From NCBI GenBank assembly GCA_951406725.2, contig OX597817.1, positions 16,182,001 through 16,246,000 of the forward strand: 64,000 bases of DNA. The letters run 5' to 3'. The DNA comes from Octopus vulgaris. Taxonomy: Eukaryota. The translations under genes were made by a program, and so were the position numbers. This document shows, piece by piece, positions 1-12,778 of the stretch (the first letter of the stretch is position 1; every line of letters begins with the position of its first letter). The notes below the pieces were generated by a model. That model was not told where the DNA came from, searched no databases, and saw only the letters and a program-made list of their open reading frames with translations.

Positions 1-171
1 ACACACATACATATATACGACAGGCTTCTTTCAGTTTCCGTCTACCAAATCCACTCACAAGGCATTGGTCGGCCCGGGGCTATAGTAGAAGACACTTGCC
101 CAAGATGCCACGCAGTGGGACTGAACCCGGAACCATGTGGTTGGTTAGCAAGCTACTTACCACACAGCCAC
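1..171 (-). mobile_element. tRNA-derived SINE family 1, 5' part (window edge)
   Basis: Reverse complement of the GTGGCTGTGTGGTAAG...GGTTCAGTCCC head and CTTGGGCAAGTG core shared with many copies in the window. Confidence 0.9.
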
Positions 172-501
172 CTTCCATTTTTTACTAATAAAACAACAGC
201 ACAGCTTCAAAATTAAAATTATTATCCCGAAGTACATTTTTGTTTAAAATATAATTTTACTGTGAAATCAGAGAATGTACCCCAGTTTTTGACTGTGTAG
301 TCAAAGTATAAAACTGAGAGCCAAATCAGATTAACTCTTAACATCCTGCCAAAGATTATGTCAAATGTCCAGTCATGTAGTGATTCTGTTACAGAGCAGA
401 AATGAATGACAGAAGGGATTAGAGTTTTCTCCCTTAAAATAGGAAGTTCCTCACTTCCTTCAAATGATGTAAACATGGTTAGTACAGTTCTTGTTATATT
501 A

Positions 502-890
502 TGTGGAGGCGCAATGGCCCAGTGGTTAGGGCAGCGGACTCGCGGTCATAGGTTCCCGGTTTCGATTCCCAGACCGGGTGTTGTGAGTGTTTATTGAGCG
601 AAAAACACGTAAAGCTCCACGAGGCTCCTGCAGGGGATGGTGGTGATCCCTGCTGTACTCTTTCACCACAACTTTCTCTCACTCTTACTTCCTGTTTCTG
701 TTGTACCTGTATTTCAAAGGGCCGAAAATGTCACTCTCTGTGTCACGCTGAATATCCCCGAAAACTACGTTAAGGGTACACGTGTCTGTGGAGTGCTCAG
801 CCACTTACACGTTAATTTCACGAGCAGGCTGTTCCGTTGATTCGGATCAACCGGAACCCTCATCGTCGTAAACGACGGAGTGCTTCCACA
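502..890 (+). mobile_element. tRNA(Arg)-like SINE family 3
   Basis: GGCGCAATGGCCCAGTGGTTAGG (A box), ACTCGCG anticodon-like loop, GTTTCGATTCC (B box). Other copies at about 24372-24520(-), 31610-32071(-) and 53660-53963(-). Confidence 0.85.
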
Positions 891-1129
891 TGTTATATTA
901 TGCATTTCGGGACAGGCTGACTGATGTTGTCTTATGCAGTACTGAATCATACCAGAAGTTAAGAGTTATATTATCATCTCAGTTCAACTAAGTCATTTTG
1001 CTATAAAACCAAGTTTGAAAAATTATTTTCTAAGGAGAAAAAGACATATTACTCATACAAAGGCATGCTAATTTGCATATTGGTGTTAATTTAACAACTA
1101 TTAAAGAAATTTGAAATACACTAACACAG

Positions 1130-1545
1130 TATATAGTAATTCTACTATATGGCTAAGAAACCTGGACGTTATCAAAGAAGCCTGGGAGGCGGTTGGATGG
1201 AACTTACACTCGCCTCCTTATGAGAGCTCAAAATCTCTTGTGGAAGCATCATCCAACCAAAGTACAAATATATGGGAAACTACCACCTGTGTCATCTCTT
1301 GTGAAAGGTAGAAGAGTCCAGTTTGCTGGACATTGTTGTAGAGCTGAAAACGAGGCAATTTCTACTCTTCTCCTCTGGAAGCCATCTGCTCACGATACCA
1401 GAGGGCACACACTCTCCTACCCTGATGTAATCTCCAGGGATACAAGCATCCAGCAACAGGACATCCGTAATGCTATGATGGACCATGAAGTCTGGCATAA
1501 CATAGTAAATTCCATTGTCTTGACCACAGTCGAACAATGATGATG
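1130..1545 (+). mobile_element. 3' fragment of an RTE-clade LINE
   Basis: DGTYTRLLMRAQNLLWKHHPT...RRVQFAGHC matches the post-RT region of RTE elements; ends in a (TGA)n tail. Confidence 0.8.
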
Positions 1546-2327
1546 AACACAGTATGAAAATAAAAATTACAATAGTAAGATATTATTTATCTATTTTACC
1601 TTTTTATGACTATATTTCTTAAAAAATATTCTACTTATCTTTCAATTGATTTTGAAAATAAATAAGAACTTACAAAGGTTTAATACAATAAATCATTTTT
1701 ATTATTTGTTGGTGTATTAAAACTACTCTTTGGAACATAATTTAAAAAGGTCTTATGCTTCAAAATGAATGATTTTGTATCATAGAACCAGAAATAGTCT
1801 GGTTTTATCAGTTGATATCAAAATAGTTAAAACAGTATTTCTTAACTTAGGAGTAGTGCCCTGTAGGAGGCACTATTAGCTCACTGTGCAGCAGCAGATA
1901 TCTAGAGGGTACTAGGTGTTTAGAGGGATCATGGTTTACTTCAAATAAAATATTGATGCTTGGTACAATATTTATATTTTAAACACATTTGGATTTTTTT
2001 TTTGTCTGAATGGCATTGTATTCACTAACAAAAAGCATGAACAATGATGCGTCAAGGTCTAATATAATTTCACTACATAAGTCCTCACTTTCTTTAGTAA
2101 TTCTCATAAAAATTTTATACAGGTGGAACTGCTCCATGCAAATATCTGAAAAGAGGCACCTGTTGGGCAGGATAGTAAACCACAGAGCAAAATCAGTTTC
2201 TGTTTGATTAAAAAAAAATCTGTTCATTTTTATTTGCTTGTTTGAATGTAAAACATGTTGAGGGACATTTATAAATGCCATTCTGGGAAAGGGGGAACTG
2301 AGCCAACAAAAGGTTGAGAAACACTGT

Positions 2328-2718
2328 CATCATCATCATCATCATCATCATCGTTTAACGTCCGCTTTCCATGCTAGCATGGGTTGGACGATTTGACTGA
2401 GGGCTGGAGAACCAGATGGCTGCACCAGGCTTCAATCTTGATCTGGCAGAGTTTCTACAGCTGGATGCCCTTCCTAAAGCCAACCACTCCGAGAGTAGAT
2501 TAGTGGGTGCTTTTACGTGCCACCGGCATGAGGGCTAGTCAGGCGGTACTGGCAAGGGCCACGCTCAAATGGTGTTTTTTTACATGCCACCTCCACAGGA
2601 GCCAGTCCAGCGGCACTGGCAATGACCTCGCTCAAATGTTTTTTTCATGTGCCACCAGCACAAGTGCCAGTAAGGTGATGCTGGTAACGATCACGCTCGA
2701 ATGGTGCTTTTTATGTGC
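2328..2718 (-). mobile_element. RTE-X-type LINE 3' end / derived SINE (family 4) with GTGCCGGTGGCAC hairpin units
   Basis: (CAT)n, i.e. a (GAT)n tail on minus, then CGTTTAACGTCCG...CTGGATGCCCTTCCTAA and repeated TTTTACGTGCCAC units. Confidence 0.85.
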
Positions 2719-2949
2719 CTCAGACTTAACACATTTCTATAAATTTCAAACCAACATTAATATAGAAGCATATTCATGTGAAGAATATATTTTCTTTTTC
2801 TATGGGTTATGCCTTTTTAAATATGGTGACCAAATTTAAGTAAATTCTTTTAATGACGATTTACTTAAGCTTTAAACTGTAGCTCACTATGCAGCACCAT
2901 ACTGCTTAGAACATGTTTCAAATTACTGCAAGGCTATGTACGTCTTAAA

Positions 2950-2973
2950 AATGTTATATATATATATATACAT

Positions 2974-3017
<44 letters not shown>

Positions 3018-3284
3018 GTTATATATATTATATAAATGTTATATAATATATATATATATATTATAAATGCTATATAATATATATTATATAAATGTTATAT
3101 AATATATATTATAAATGTTATATAATATATATTATATAAATGTTATATAATATATATATATTATATAAATATTATATAATATATATTATATAAATGTTAT
3201 ATAATATATATTATATAAATGTTATATAATATATATATTATATAAATGTTATATGATATATATATATATATATTATATAAATGT

Positions 3285-3315
<31 letters not shown>
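2950..3315. repeat. AT-rich minisatellite (TATAAATGTTATATAATATATAT-type unit)
   Basis: More than ten degenerate tandem copies visible, merged with (TA)n. Confidence 0.9.
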
Positions 3316-4066
3316 ATCATCATCATCACCATCATTTAACACCCATTGTCCCTGCTGGCATGGGCTGGATGGTTTGAGCTGGCAAGATGGAGAGCTGCAT
3401 TAGACTCCAGTCTGATTTGGCATGGTTTCTACTACGGTTGGATGCCCTTCCTTACACCCGGCCACTTTACAGAGTGTGCTGGATGTTTTTACATGGCACT
3501 GCATGAGTGCTTTTACATGGCACCACCACAAGTGCTTTACACAACCAGAGGGATCAGGCTTAACACTTCTCTTATGAAGTATGGATCTTCTTGAGTACAG
3601 CAAAGTGCCAGGTATCTTAATACTTTGTCATCTCGCCTGAAAGGATCAGCGTCCTGAGGTCATACTTCGTTACTTTATCCCATGTCTTCCTGGGTCTTCC
3701 ATTTCCACGTGTTCCATCGACTTCGAGAGATTAACAATTTTTTTATGGAGCTGTCGGCATCCATCAGCATCACATGACGAAACCAGTGCAGTCCTCTCTC
3801 TCAAAACACTGACACTCTGTTGAACATGAACACTTACATTACACATCCAGCAGAACATACTAGTCTCATTCCTTTCTAACCTTCATACGTCCTCTGCATT
3901 CAGGGCCCACGTCTCACTACCACATAGAATTGTTGTCTATATACATGCCTCATACAATCTTCCTTTCACTCGGAGAGAGAAACCAATCATGGCCAACAGA
4001 GGTAACAACTCTCTGAATTTCCTCCATCCTATTCTTATTCTAGCTATTACACTCTCTGCGCATCCT
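3316..4066 (-). mobile_element. Decayed RTE-X-like LINE 3' fragment
   Basis: Minus translation gives CWMCNVSV...LRER and GRPRKTWD-like motifs, homologous to the 33585-34748 copy; (GAT)n tail near 3316. Confidence 0.75.
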
Positions 4067-4074
4067 CTTATATA

Positions 4075-4640
4075 TCTTTATATATAAAAGTGAAGTTGTG
4101 TGTCTGTGCGGTGCAGTTTAACCAAAACCGGGTATCTTATAGTCGTGATTCATATCGAGCCCTTCTGGGTATTAGCGCGCGTCTACGATGAGTCTACGAT
4201 TTAAAAAAAAATTTACCATCATTTTTTTCCATTTTAATGCATTTTTTTCGCTATTATATAAGGGAAGTAACTCTCTAAAAATGTCTACGATGAGTCTACG
4301 ATTTAAAAAAAAATTTACCATCATTTTTTTCCATTTTAATGCATTTTTTTCGCTATTATATAGGGGAAGTAACTCTCTAAAAATGTCTACGATGAGTCAA
4401 CGATTTTAAAAAAAATTTACCATCATTTTTTTCCATTTTAATGCATTTTTTTCGCTATTATATAAGGGAAGTAACTCTCTAAAAATGTCTACGATGAGTC
4501 TACGATTTAAAAAAAAATTTAACCATCATTTTTTCCCATTTTTAATGCATTTTTTTGCTATTTTTTGGCTATAACTCTCTAAAAATGCTTATATAGTTAT
4601 TTCCCTTACAAACCCGAGCAACGCCGGGCGATACTGCTAG
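4075..4640 (+). mobile_element. Non-autonomous Helitron-like element with internal 102-bp tandem repeats
   Basis: 5' TC (TCTTTATATATAAAAG), 3' hairpin CCCGAGCAACGCCGGG then CTAG, inserted between A4074 and T4641 with no TSD. Internal unit starts at about 4181, 4283, 4385 and 4487. Confidence 0.85.
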
Positions 4641-5034
4641 TGTAATTATAAAATCCAAGCATCTAAGTGTAGGAAGTTTGTAAGCTTCAAGCAGGCCATG
4701 GTAGATATAAAAAAAAAAAAATCACTGTTCAGGAACCATAATAATTTATTGACAAGGATTGTAGACTTTTCCCATATTGAAGTTCAATAAGCTGAAAGAA
4801 TTTTTTTTATAGCTCATGGTTTCAAATTAGATCTTCGGCGAATTAACTTGGGATTCTTTAATAACAATGTGAACTTCATATAATTTAGGTATCTTCAACC
4901 TGATGATGAGTAGCTAGCTGAGTATCCCTCATTGAGTAATTATTACATCAGAGGATCTACTAGCAAGGAAACATATGTAGCCTGAATTTTATCTGCTCCA
5001 CTCCCTCAATTTGGATATATGTGTGTGTGTGTGT

Positions 5035-5435
5035 CATCATCATCATCATCATCGTTTAACGTCCGTTTTCCATGCTAGCATGGGTTGGACGGTTCAACTG
5101 GGGTCTGGGAAGCCCGAAGGCTGCACCAGGCTCCAGTCTTATCTGGCAGTGTTTCTACAGCTGGATGCCCTTCCTAACGCCAACCACTCCGTAAGTGTAG
5201 TGGGTGCTTTTTATGTGCCACCAACACAGGTGCCAGACGAGGCTGGCGAACGGCCACGCTCGGATGGTTTTTTTTTATGTGCCACCGACACAGGTGCCAG
5301 ACGAGGCTGGCGAACGGCCAAGCTCAGATGGTGTTTTTTATGTGCCACCGACACAGGTGTCAGACGAGGCTGGCGAACGGCCATGCTCGGATGGTGTTTT
5401 TTTTTTGTGCCATGGACACAGGTGCCAGACGAGGC
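5035..5435 (-). mobile_element. Family 4 RTE-X 3' end with four ~60-bp units
   Basis: (CAT)n plus the conserved block, then tandem GTGCCACCGACACAGGTGCCAGACGAGGCTGG units. Confidence 0.88.
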
Positions 5436-5722
5436 TGTGTGTGTGTGTATAAAAGTCCTTTCTCATCATATAACATTCATAGTTATATTTTTTTTCTTCT
5501 ACTCACTCTCTCAGTCATGTCTGCCTTGAAGAAATGGAGATATCTTGGAGCAGAGAGGACACTTTAGTTTTGTCGAGGAGATGGCAATTTCTCTAATGCT
5601 GATGCCACAATAAAATTACCCCAGTTTACTTGGTAAAGTGGTTGGTGATAAGGAGGACATCCAGCTGTAGAAACCATGCCAGTGTTTGTGTGTCTGTGTT
5701 TGTCCCCTAGCATTGCTTGACA

Positions 5723-5957
5723 ACCTATTTCTTTATTACCCACAAGGGGCTAAACACAGAGGGGACAAACAAGGACAGACATAGGTATTAAGTCGATTAC
5801 ATCGACCCCAGTGCGTAACTAGTACTTAATTTATCGACCCTGAAAGGATGAAAGGCAAAGTCGACCTCGGCGGAATTTGAACTCACAACGTAACGGCAGA
5901 CGAAATACCGCTAAGCATTTCGCCCAGCATGCTAACGTTTCTGCCAGCTCGCCGCCT
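5723..5957 (-). mobile_element. tRNA-derived SINE family 2, within a family 1 copy
   Basis: Minus strand reads GGCGGCGAGCTGGCAGAAACGTTAGC...GAGTTCAAATTCC...GCCTTTCATCC. Family 1 sequence lies on both sides (5684-5722 and 5958-6121). Confidence 0.85.
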
Positions 5958-6196
5958 TGTGCTTATGTCCCCGTTACTTAGCGGTTCGGCAAAAGAGACC
6001 GATAGAATAAGTACTGGGCTTACAAAAGAATAAGTCCCGGGATCGAGTTGCTCGATTAAAGGCGGTGCTCCAGCATGGCCGCAGTCAAATGACTGAAACA
6101 AGTAAAAGAGTAAAAGAGTAAATAGTATACAAGCATCTAGGAGCACAGTAATTCCAAATAGGAGCTAACTTAGACCATGACAACCCATCCAAATTA

Positions 6197-6650
6197 TACC
6201 TATTTCTTTACTACCCACAAGGGGCTAAACATAGAGGGGACAAACAATGACAGACATAGGTATTAAGTCAATTAAATCGACCCCCAGTGCGAAATTGGTA
6301 CTTATTTAATCGACCCCGAAAGGATGAAAGGCAAAGTCGACCTCGGCGGAATTTGAACTCAGAACGTAACGGCAGACGAAATACCGCTAAGCATTTCGCC
6401 CAGCGTGCTAACGTTTCTGCCAGCTCGCCGCCTTGTGTTTATGTCCCCGTCACTTAGCGGTTCGGCAAAACAGATTGATAGAATAAGTACTGGGCTTACA
6501 AAAGAATAAGTCCCGGGGTCGAGTTGCTCGATTAAAGGCGGTGCTCCAGCATGGCTGCAGTCAAATGACTGAAACAAGTGAAAGAGTAAAGAGTATACAA
6601 GCATCTAGGAGCACAGTAATTCCGACCATGACAACCCATCCAAATTATAC
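6197..6650. repeat. Second copy of a ~475-bp tandem duplication (SINE2 + SINE1 tail + unique flank)
   Basis: Repeats 5723-6199, including the non-SINE flank TATACAAGCATCTAGGAGCACAGTAATTCC...CAACCCATCCAAATTATACC. Confidence 0.85.
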
Positions 6651-7226
6651 CAGCATGGAAAACAGAGGTATAACAATGATATATATGTCTACTTGTATAT
6701 ACAGAGACACACTCATACACACACAATGTTAAAACTTACTAAATAAGAATAAAGACGGGTGGAAAAATAAACTTAATGGAAGTTAATTACACAGACATTA
6801 ACTGAGATTACTACCCAATTTTCCCAATTTTAATTCAATAATCATATTTTTATCCACTAAGTCGAATATGCACTGAATCACATTCAACTGTTCCTTTTTT
6901 GTTAAAACTTTTATGTACAAAATGCAGCATGTTGAGTAAAGATAGGAACAGAACAAAGGAGCAGAAGCAAAGAAGAAAACAAATGTTTTAAATATACAAA
7001 TATAAGATTCTACAGAACTTGTATCATAAAAACTGTGTCAGACAGTTACGACAGACAGTATTTTTTTTATTTTTAACATGTAGCTAGCTAATAGTTATTC
7101 TTATGAAAACTGTGAGAATAAATAATTTAAATACTATTAATATTCTTAAAATAGATGGATGTCTTTGAATAAAGTTAAACACTGGGAATAAAGTTTAAAC
7201 AAATAATGTGTTCTTTTATAATGAGA

Positions 7227-7626
7227 CAAGCAGTATCGCCCGGCGTTGCTCGGGTTTGTAAGGGAAATAACTATATAAGCATTTTTAGAGTTATAGCCAA
7301 AAAATAGCAAAAAAATGCATTAAAAATGGAAAACAAATGATGGTAAATTTTTTTTTTAAATCGTTGACTCATCGTAGACATTTTTAGAGAGTTACTTCCC
7401 TTATATAATAGCGAAAAAAATCCATTAAAATGGAAAAAAAATTATAGTAAATTTTTTTTTTAAATTGTAGACTCATTGTAGACGCGCGCTAATACCCAGA
7501 AGGGCTCGATATGAATCACGACTATAAGATACCCGGTTTTGGTTAAACTGCACCGCGAAATGTGGGAGTAGTTAGGAATCTAAATCGTAGGAGACAGACA
7601 CACAACTTGACTTTTATATATAAAGA
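7227..7626 (-). mobile_element. Helitron-like non-autonomous element (same family as 4075)
   Basis: Reverse complement of the TCTTTATATATAAAAG start and the CCCGAGCAACGCCGGGCGATACTGC end; terminal CTAG mutated. Confidence 0.85.
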
Positions 7627-7764
7627 TATTCTTTTATAACAGCATTGACACAGATTCTGTGCTGGCTTTTAAGAGAAAATATTGAAAATAAGCAGTTGGA
7701 ATTTTATTAACCAAGAGCCTGAACTGTATATGGCATATATAGGCAAAATATATGCTTTTCTTAA

Positions 7765-7977
7765 CTCTCTCTTTACTCTCTTTACTTGTTTCAGTCATTT
7801 GACTGCGGCCATGCTGGAGCACTGCCTTTAGTCGAGCAAATCGACCCCGGGACTTATTCTTTTGTAAGCCCAGTACTTATTCTATCGGTCTCTTTTGCCG
7901 AACCGCTAAGTGACGGGGACGTAAACACACCAGCATCGGTTGTCAAGCAATGCTAGGGGGACAAACACAGACACACA

Positions 7978-8024
<47 letters not shown>

Positions 8025-8182
8025 CAACAGGCTTCTTTCAGTTTCCATCTACCAAATCCACTCACAAGGCATTGGTCGGCCTGGAGCTATAGCAGAAGAC
8101 ACTTGCCCAAGATGCCACACAGTGGGACTGAACCCGGAACCATGTGGTTGGCTAGCAAGCTACTTACCACACAGCCACAACC
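7765..8182 (-). mobile_element. SINE family 1, near full length
   Basis: Head, internal (TA)/(CA) tract and GTAAAGAG-type tail all present. Confidence 0.9.
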
Positions 8183-9419
8183 TCATATTTCATTATTTAA
8201 ATTTTAGTTATATAAGCGGAAAGAGAAAGCAGCCCAAAATAGTTTGCAATATATTAGTTAAGGAAATTTACTGCAAATACAACAGACTACAAACTGTCTT
8301 GATATCATAAAAATCAGAAATATAAGGATAACACTGAATAAAAAGTGCTAAATCAATGCCCATTATATTATTTAGAACACACATGCCTCTGATAATACAC
8401 AAACTTGATATTTCACTGAAGCCTCTTGTAAAGCGGAATAGGCTTCAAGTAAAAATAATAAAGGCATGAAGGTATAGAATGAATGATTAACAAATATGTA
8501 TCTAACAAAGCTTTGTCTGTGAGAGAAGCCAGATTAGGAAAGATTGGTTTCAAAGCAAAGAAAAGAACAAAAACCCTAATTGAAAATGCAAAACAATTGC
8601 TCACATCTGCATACAAAATAAAAAGAAGTTTCACCTAAAGAGACATAACATATGTGATAGGAAGTAGACATGCTGCTCCTTCTTATCTCAGGTCATTGCT
8701 AAATGGTACATATGTGATAGTTAAGTCTTTTTTATCAATGTAAAGTGTACAGCATTGCAGCCTTAACATAAATCATTGAAAAATATAATTCGCTCTCTGA
8801 TAACAGAATGAAGACATACTATACATAACATAACATAAAAGAAACTATCAACTGAATGAAACTACATGAGCAACCAAGAACCAAATCAGAAATACAAATA
8901 AAAACCCACAAAGTCTTTATGTGTATATGTATTCATATATGAATGCATCTATGAATATATTTATTCAAAACTATATATAATAAAACTGACTGAGACTATA
9001 TGATAGTGCACTACTAGATCATATATTTGAAGTTCAATTCCACAGTGGGTATTTTGTTGTGACTTTGGGCAGAACACTTTTGAGAAGATGAACCAAATCA
9101 ACTAGGAATGTTATCAGCAATAAAATAAGGTTCTCCCTTCAGGGGAGAACATATTATAATGCTTCTTAATGAAAAAAAAAAAAAGAGAACTAAACAAAGG
9201 TAAAGGTTAACTATCAATATTTTAAAGAGAAAAAAAAAACTAGATGATAGGTGTTAAACTAATTAATGATCCTAAGTTATCATTATCCATCATCTCTACG
9301 TAAGAGAAGAAAAAGAAAATGGAGATTGAGAAGTTAATAATTGTTTATTATTAACAGCAAATTAATCATCTTCCCTTACAGCTGTTTCAATAAATACTCA
9401 GTAAATATTAAATTTATAT

Positions 9420-10398
9420 GCTCGGATGGTGTTTTTATGTGCCACCGACACAGGTGCCAATATACAACAGGCTTCTTTCAGTTTCCATCTACCAAATCCA
9501 CTCACAAGGCTTCAGTCTGCCCGAGACTATAGTAGAAGACACTTGCCTAAGATACCATGCAGTAGAACTGAACCAGGAACCATGTTATTGGTAAGCAAGC
9601 TTCTTGCAACAAAGCCATGCCAGCGCTTATATATCGTTTTTTTTTTAATTGTTTCAGTCATGTGACAGTGACCATGCTGGAGTACCGCCTTTAGTTGAAG
9701 AAATCAACCCTGGGACATATTCTTTGTAAGCCTAGTACTTATTTTATTGGTTCCTTTTGCTGAACCGCTAAGTTACAGGGGATGTAAACACCAACATAAG
9801 TTGTCAAGCAATGGTGGGGGGCAAACACAGACACAAAACTACATACATATATATATATATATAGACGGCAGGCTTCTTTCAGTTTCCTTCTACCAAAGCC
9901 ACTTGCAAGGCTTTGGTCGGTTCAAGGCTACAGTAGAAGACATTTGCTCAAGGTGCCGTGCAGTGGGAGTGAACTCAGAACCATGTGGTTGGTAAGCAAG
10001 CTACTTACCACACAGCCACTCCTGTGCCTATAAATATATATATCTTTTATCTTTTACTTGTTTCAGTCATTGGATTGCAGCCTTGAAGGGCTTAGTCAAA
10101 CAAATTAATCTCAGTAATTAAAAAAAAATTTTTTTTTAAGTGTGGTACTTATTTTATCGGTTTGTTTTTGCAAAATAGCTAGGTTACAGGGACATGAAAT
10201 GGCGGTGGAGGACAAACACAAACATAGACACACACACACACACACACACACATGTATATATGACACACACCTTTCTTGTATGACAGTCACCACCAACAGG
10301 ACTTATAGTAGAAGACACTTGCCCAAGTGTCACATGGTGGGACTGAACCCAGAACTACACAGTTAAGAAGAAAACTTCTTACCACACAGCCATGCCTG

Positions 10399-10400
<2 letters not shown>
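9420..10400 (-). mobile_element. Cluster of three decayed family 1 SINEs plus a family 4 unit
   Basis: Repeated TAGTAGAAGACACTTGC and TGTTTCAGTCA motifs. Confidence 0.75.
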
Positions 10401-10438
<38 letters not shown>

Positions 10439-10439
10439 A

Positions 10440-11145
10440 GAGAGAGGTTGGACCTAAGAAGCATCAGATGTGGTGTGCAAGAGAGACAACTGCGCAGGTA
10501 TGGTCATGTGGCGAGACTGGATGAGGATAGCTATGTGAAAAAGTGCCACACACTAGCGGTTGACGGAACCTGTGGAAGAGGTAGACCCAGGAACATTAGG
10601 CCTCACCGAGGCAATGACTAGTGACTGACACCTTTGGAAATATGCAGTGCATGAGAAGACCCAGCAAGCAAAATGAGACCATAACCCATGGCCTATGCCA
10701 GAGGTGTAACCAGCCCACTTATGCATACCTTTCCTTCAGTGGACACTAAACTCTGCTTGCAAAGACCTATTAAGGCAAATGAAATCAAAATCAAATCAAA
10801 TTTGCAAATTGAATGACTGGCACCTGTGCCTGTGGAGCGCTAAGAGCACCATCCAAGCGTGATCGCTGCCAGAGAAGCTGACTGGCTTCCGTGCTGGTGG
10901 CACATAAAAAGCACTATGCAAACGTGATCATTACCAGCGTCGCCTTACTGGCACTTGTGCTGGTGGCACGTGAAAAACATTCAAGCGAGGACTGGCTCCT
11001 GTGCAGGTGGCACGTAAAAAACACCACTTGAGCCTGGCCGTTGCCAGTACCGCCTGACTGGCCCTCATGCCGGTGGCACGAAAAAGCATCCACTACACTC
11101 TCAGAGTGGTTGGCATTAAGTAGGGCATCTAGCTGTAGAAACTCA
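10440..11145 (+). mobile_element. RTE-X LINE 3' fragment with divergent hairpin-unit array
   Basis: GGACCTAAGAAGCATCAGATGTGGTGTGCAAGAGAGAC matches 34049-34087; followed by a UTR with GTGCNGGTGGCAC units. Confidence 0.8.
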
Positions 11146-11146
11146 A

Positions 11147-11490
11147 TTCATCATCATCATCGTTTAACGTCCGTTTTCCGCGCTAGCACGGGTTGAACGG
11201 TTCGACCGGGGTCTGGGAAGCCAGGGGCTGCACCAGGCTCCAGTCTGATCTGGCAGTGTTTCTACAGCTGGATGCCCTTCCTAACGCCAACCACTCCGCG
11301 AGTGTAGTGGGTGCTTTTACGTGCCACCGGCACAGGTGCCAGGGGAGTCTGGCATCGGTCACGATCGGTTCGTGCATTTAACGTGCCACCGGCACGTAAG
11401 CCAGTCAAGGCAGCGCTGGCATTGGCCACGTTTGGATGGTACTTTTTATGTGCCACCGGTACAGAAGCCAGTCGAGGCGGCGCTGGCATC
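11147..11490 (-). mobile_element. Family 4 element in opposite orientation, abutting the previous copy
   Basis: (CAT)n CGTTTAACGTCCG block and hairpin units. Confidence 0.85.
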
Positions 11491-11982
11491 CCACCGAACA
11501 TCGCTTGACAACCAATGCTGGTGTGTTTATGTCCCCCATAACTTAGCGGTTCAGCAAAAGAGACCGACGGAATAAATACTAGGCTTACAAATAATAAGTC
11601 CTGCAGTCGATTTGCTCGACTAAAGGCGGTGCTCCAGCATGGCCACAGTCAAATGACTGAAACAAGTAAAATAGTATATATACGTACATAAGTACATACA
11701 TATGTACATACATAGATATATATATATTCAATGAGAGGCGTTAGTTTCATACACCACCACTCCTACTATTCTAATCTTTCTTCTGTACCAAGTTCAAAAT
11801 GGTATAAATATAAGAGCACAGCACAGCACAAGTATAATGCAGATTTGCAACTCTTAATTCTTAATTTATAATGTCAATTTAGAACACTTTAGACAAACTC
11901 CACCTATTATATGTCAACCAAATTAAGAGCTTGTCAGTGTGTTCTGTCATAGCATGTATTAACAGGTCTCTCTTCTCTCTTT

Positions 11983-12430
11983 ATCATCATCATCATCATC
12001 GTTTAGCGTCCGTTCTCCATGCTAGCATAGGTTGGACGGTTCGACCGGGGATCTGGGAAGCCAGAAGGCTGCACCAGGCTCCAGTCTTATCTGGCAATGT
12101 TTCTACAGCTGGATGCCTTTCCTAACGCCAACCACTCCGTGAGTGTAGTGGGTGCTTTTTACGTGCCACCTCCACAGGTGCCAGGCGAGGCTGGCAACGG
12201 CCACGGTCGGGTTTGTGCATTTTACGTGCCATCTGCACGGAAGCCAATCGAGGCGGCACTGGCTTCGGCCACGATTCGGATAGTGCTTTTTACGTACCAC
12301 CAGTCCAGGAGTCCTGGTATCTGCCGGGTGCCAGTCATAGGATTGGTTCAATTTCGATTCCGATTTCGTGGCATCTGCCGGGTGCCAGTCATAGGATTGG
12401 TTCAATTTCGATTCCGATTTCGATTTCTAA
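11983..12430 (-). mobile_element. Family 4 element with an internal ~54-bp tandem duplication
   Basis: ATCTGCCGGGTGCCAGTCATAGGATTGGTTCAATTTCGATTCCGATTTCG occurs twice within 12319-12422. Confidence 0.85.
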
Positions 12431-12778
12431 CTCCCATTCTGTAAGCTTAGCCATGTTTATCAGGATTATTTCTCCAACATTCTCGTCTTTTTAATAACTT
12501 AGCCAAGACTGCATTAAAAAAGTTAAATTCGGAAGTAGAAAAGTCCTAATCCTTTAGCACTCAGATTAATCTATCAAATGCAATGTTCATTTATTCACAT
12601 TATTTCGAATTAATCAAGCATCATTTTATAGCTTCAAAATTTTGATAATGTGACAGCTTATTCTTAGAATAACATTGTAGGGTAGGCATGACAAGCCTGA
12701 CCTGGCTGGTATGAATCTAGAACATAGAAAAAATATTTTAGCTAGGTATGGCCAGTTTAAATCCCAAACATTTACCAA

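Noticed and set aside
502-585. tRNA-Arg gene (and other tRNA-like heads)
   Set aside because: No proper acceptor stem or oligo-T terminator; runs into a dispersed SINE body.
4899-4945. CCTGATGATGAG as a hammerhead or C/D snoRNA box
   Set aside because: No partner GAAA core or convincing terminal stem.
5011-5567. 172-aa and similar ORFs (LQLDALPNANHS...VPP repeats) throughout the window
   Set aside because: Antisense translations of family 4 tandem units; frames are not conserved between copies.
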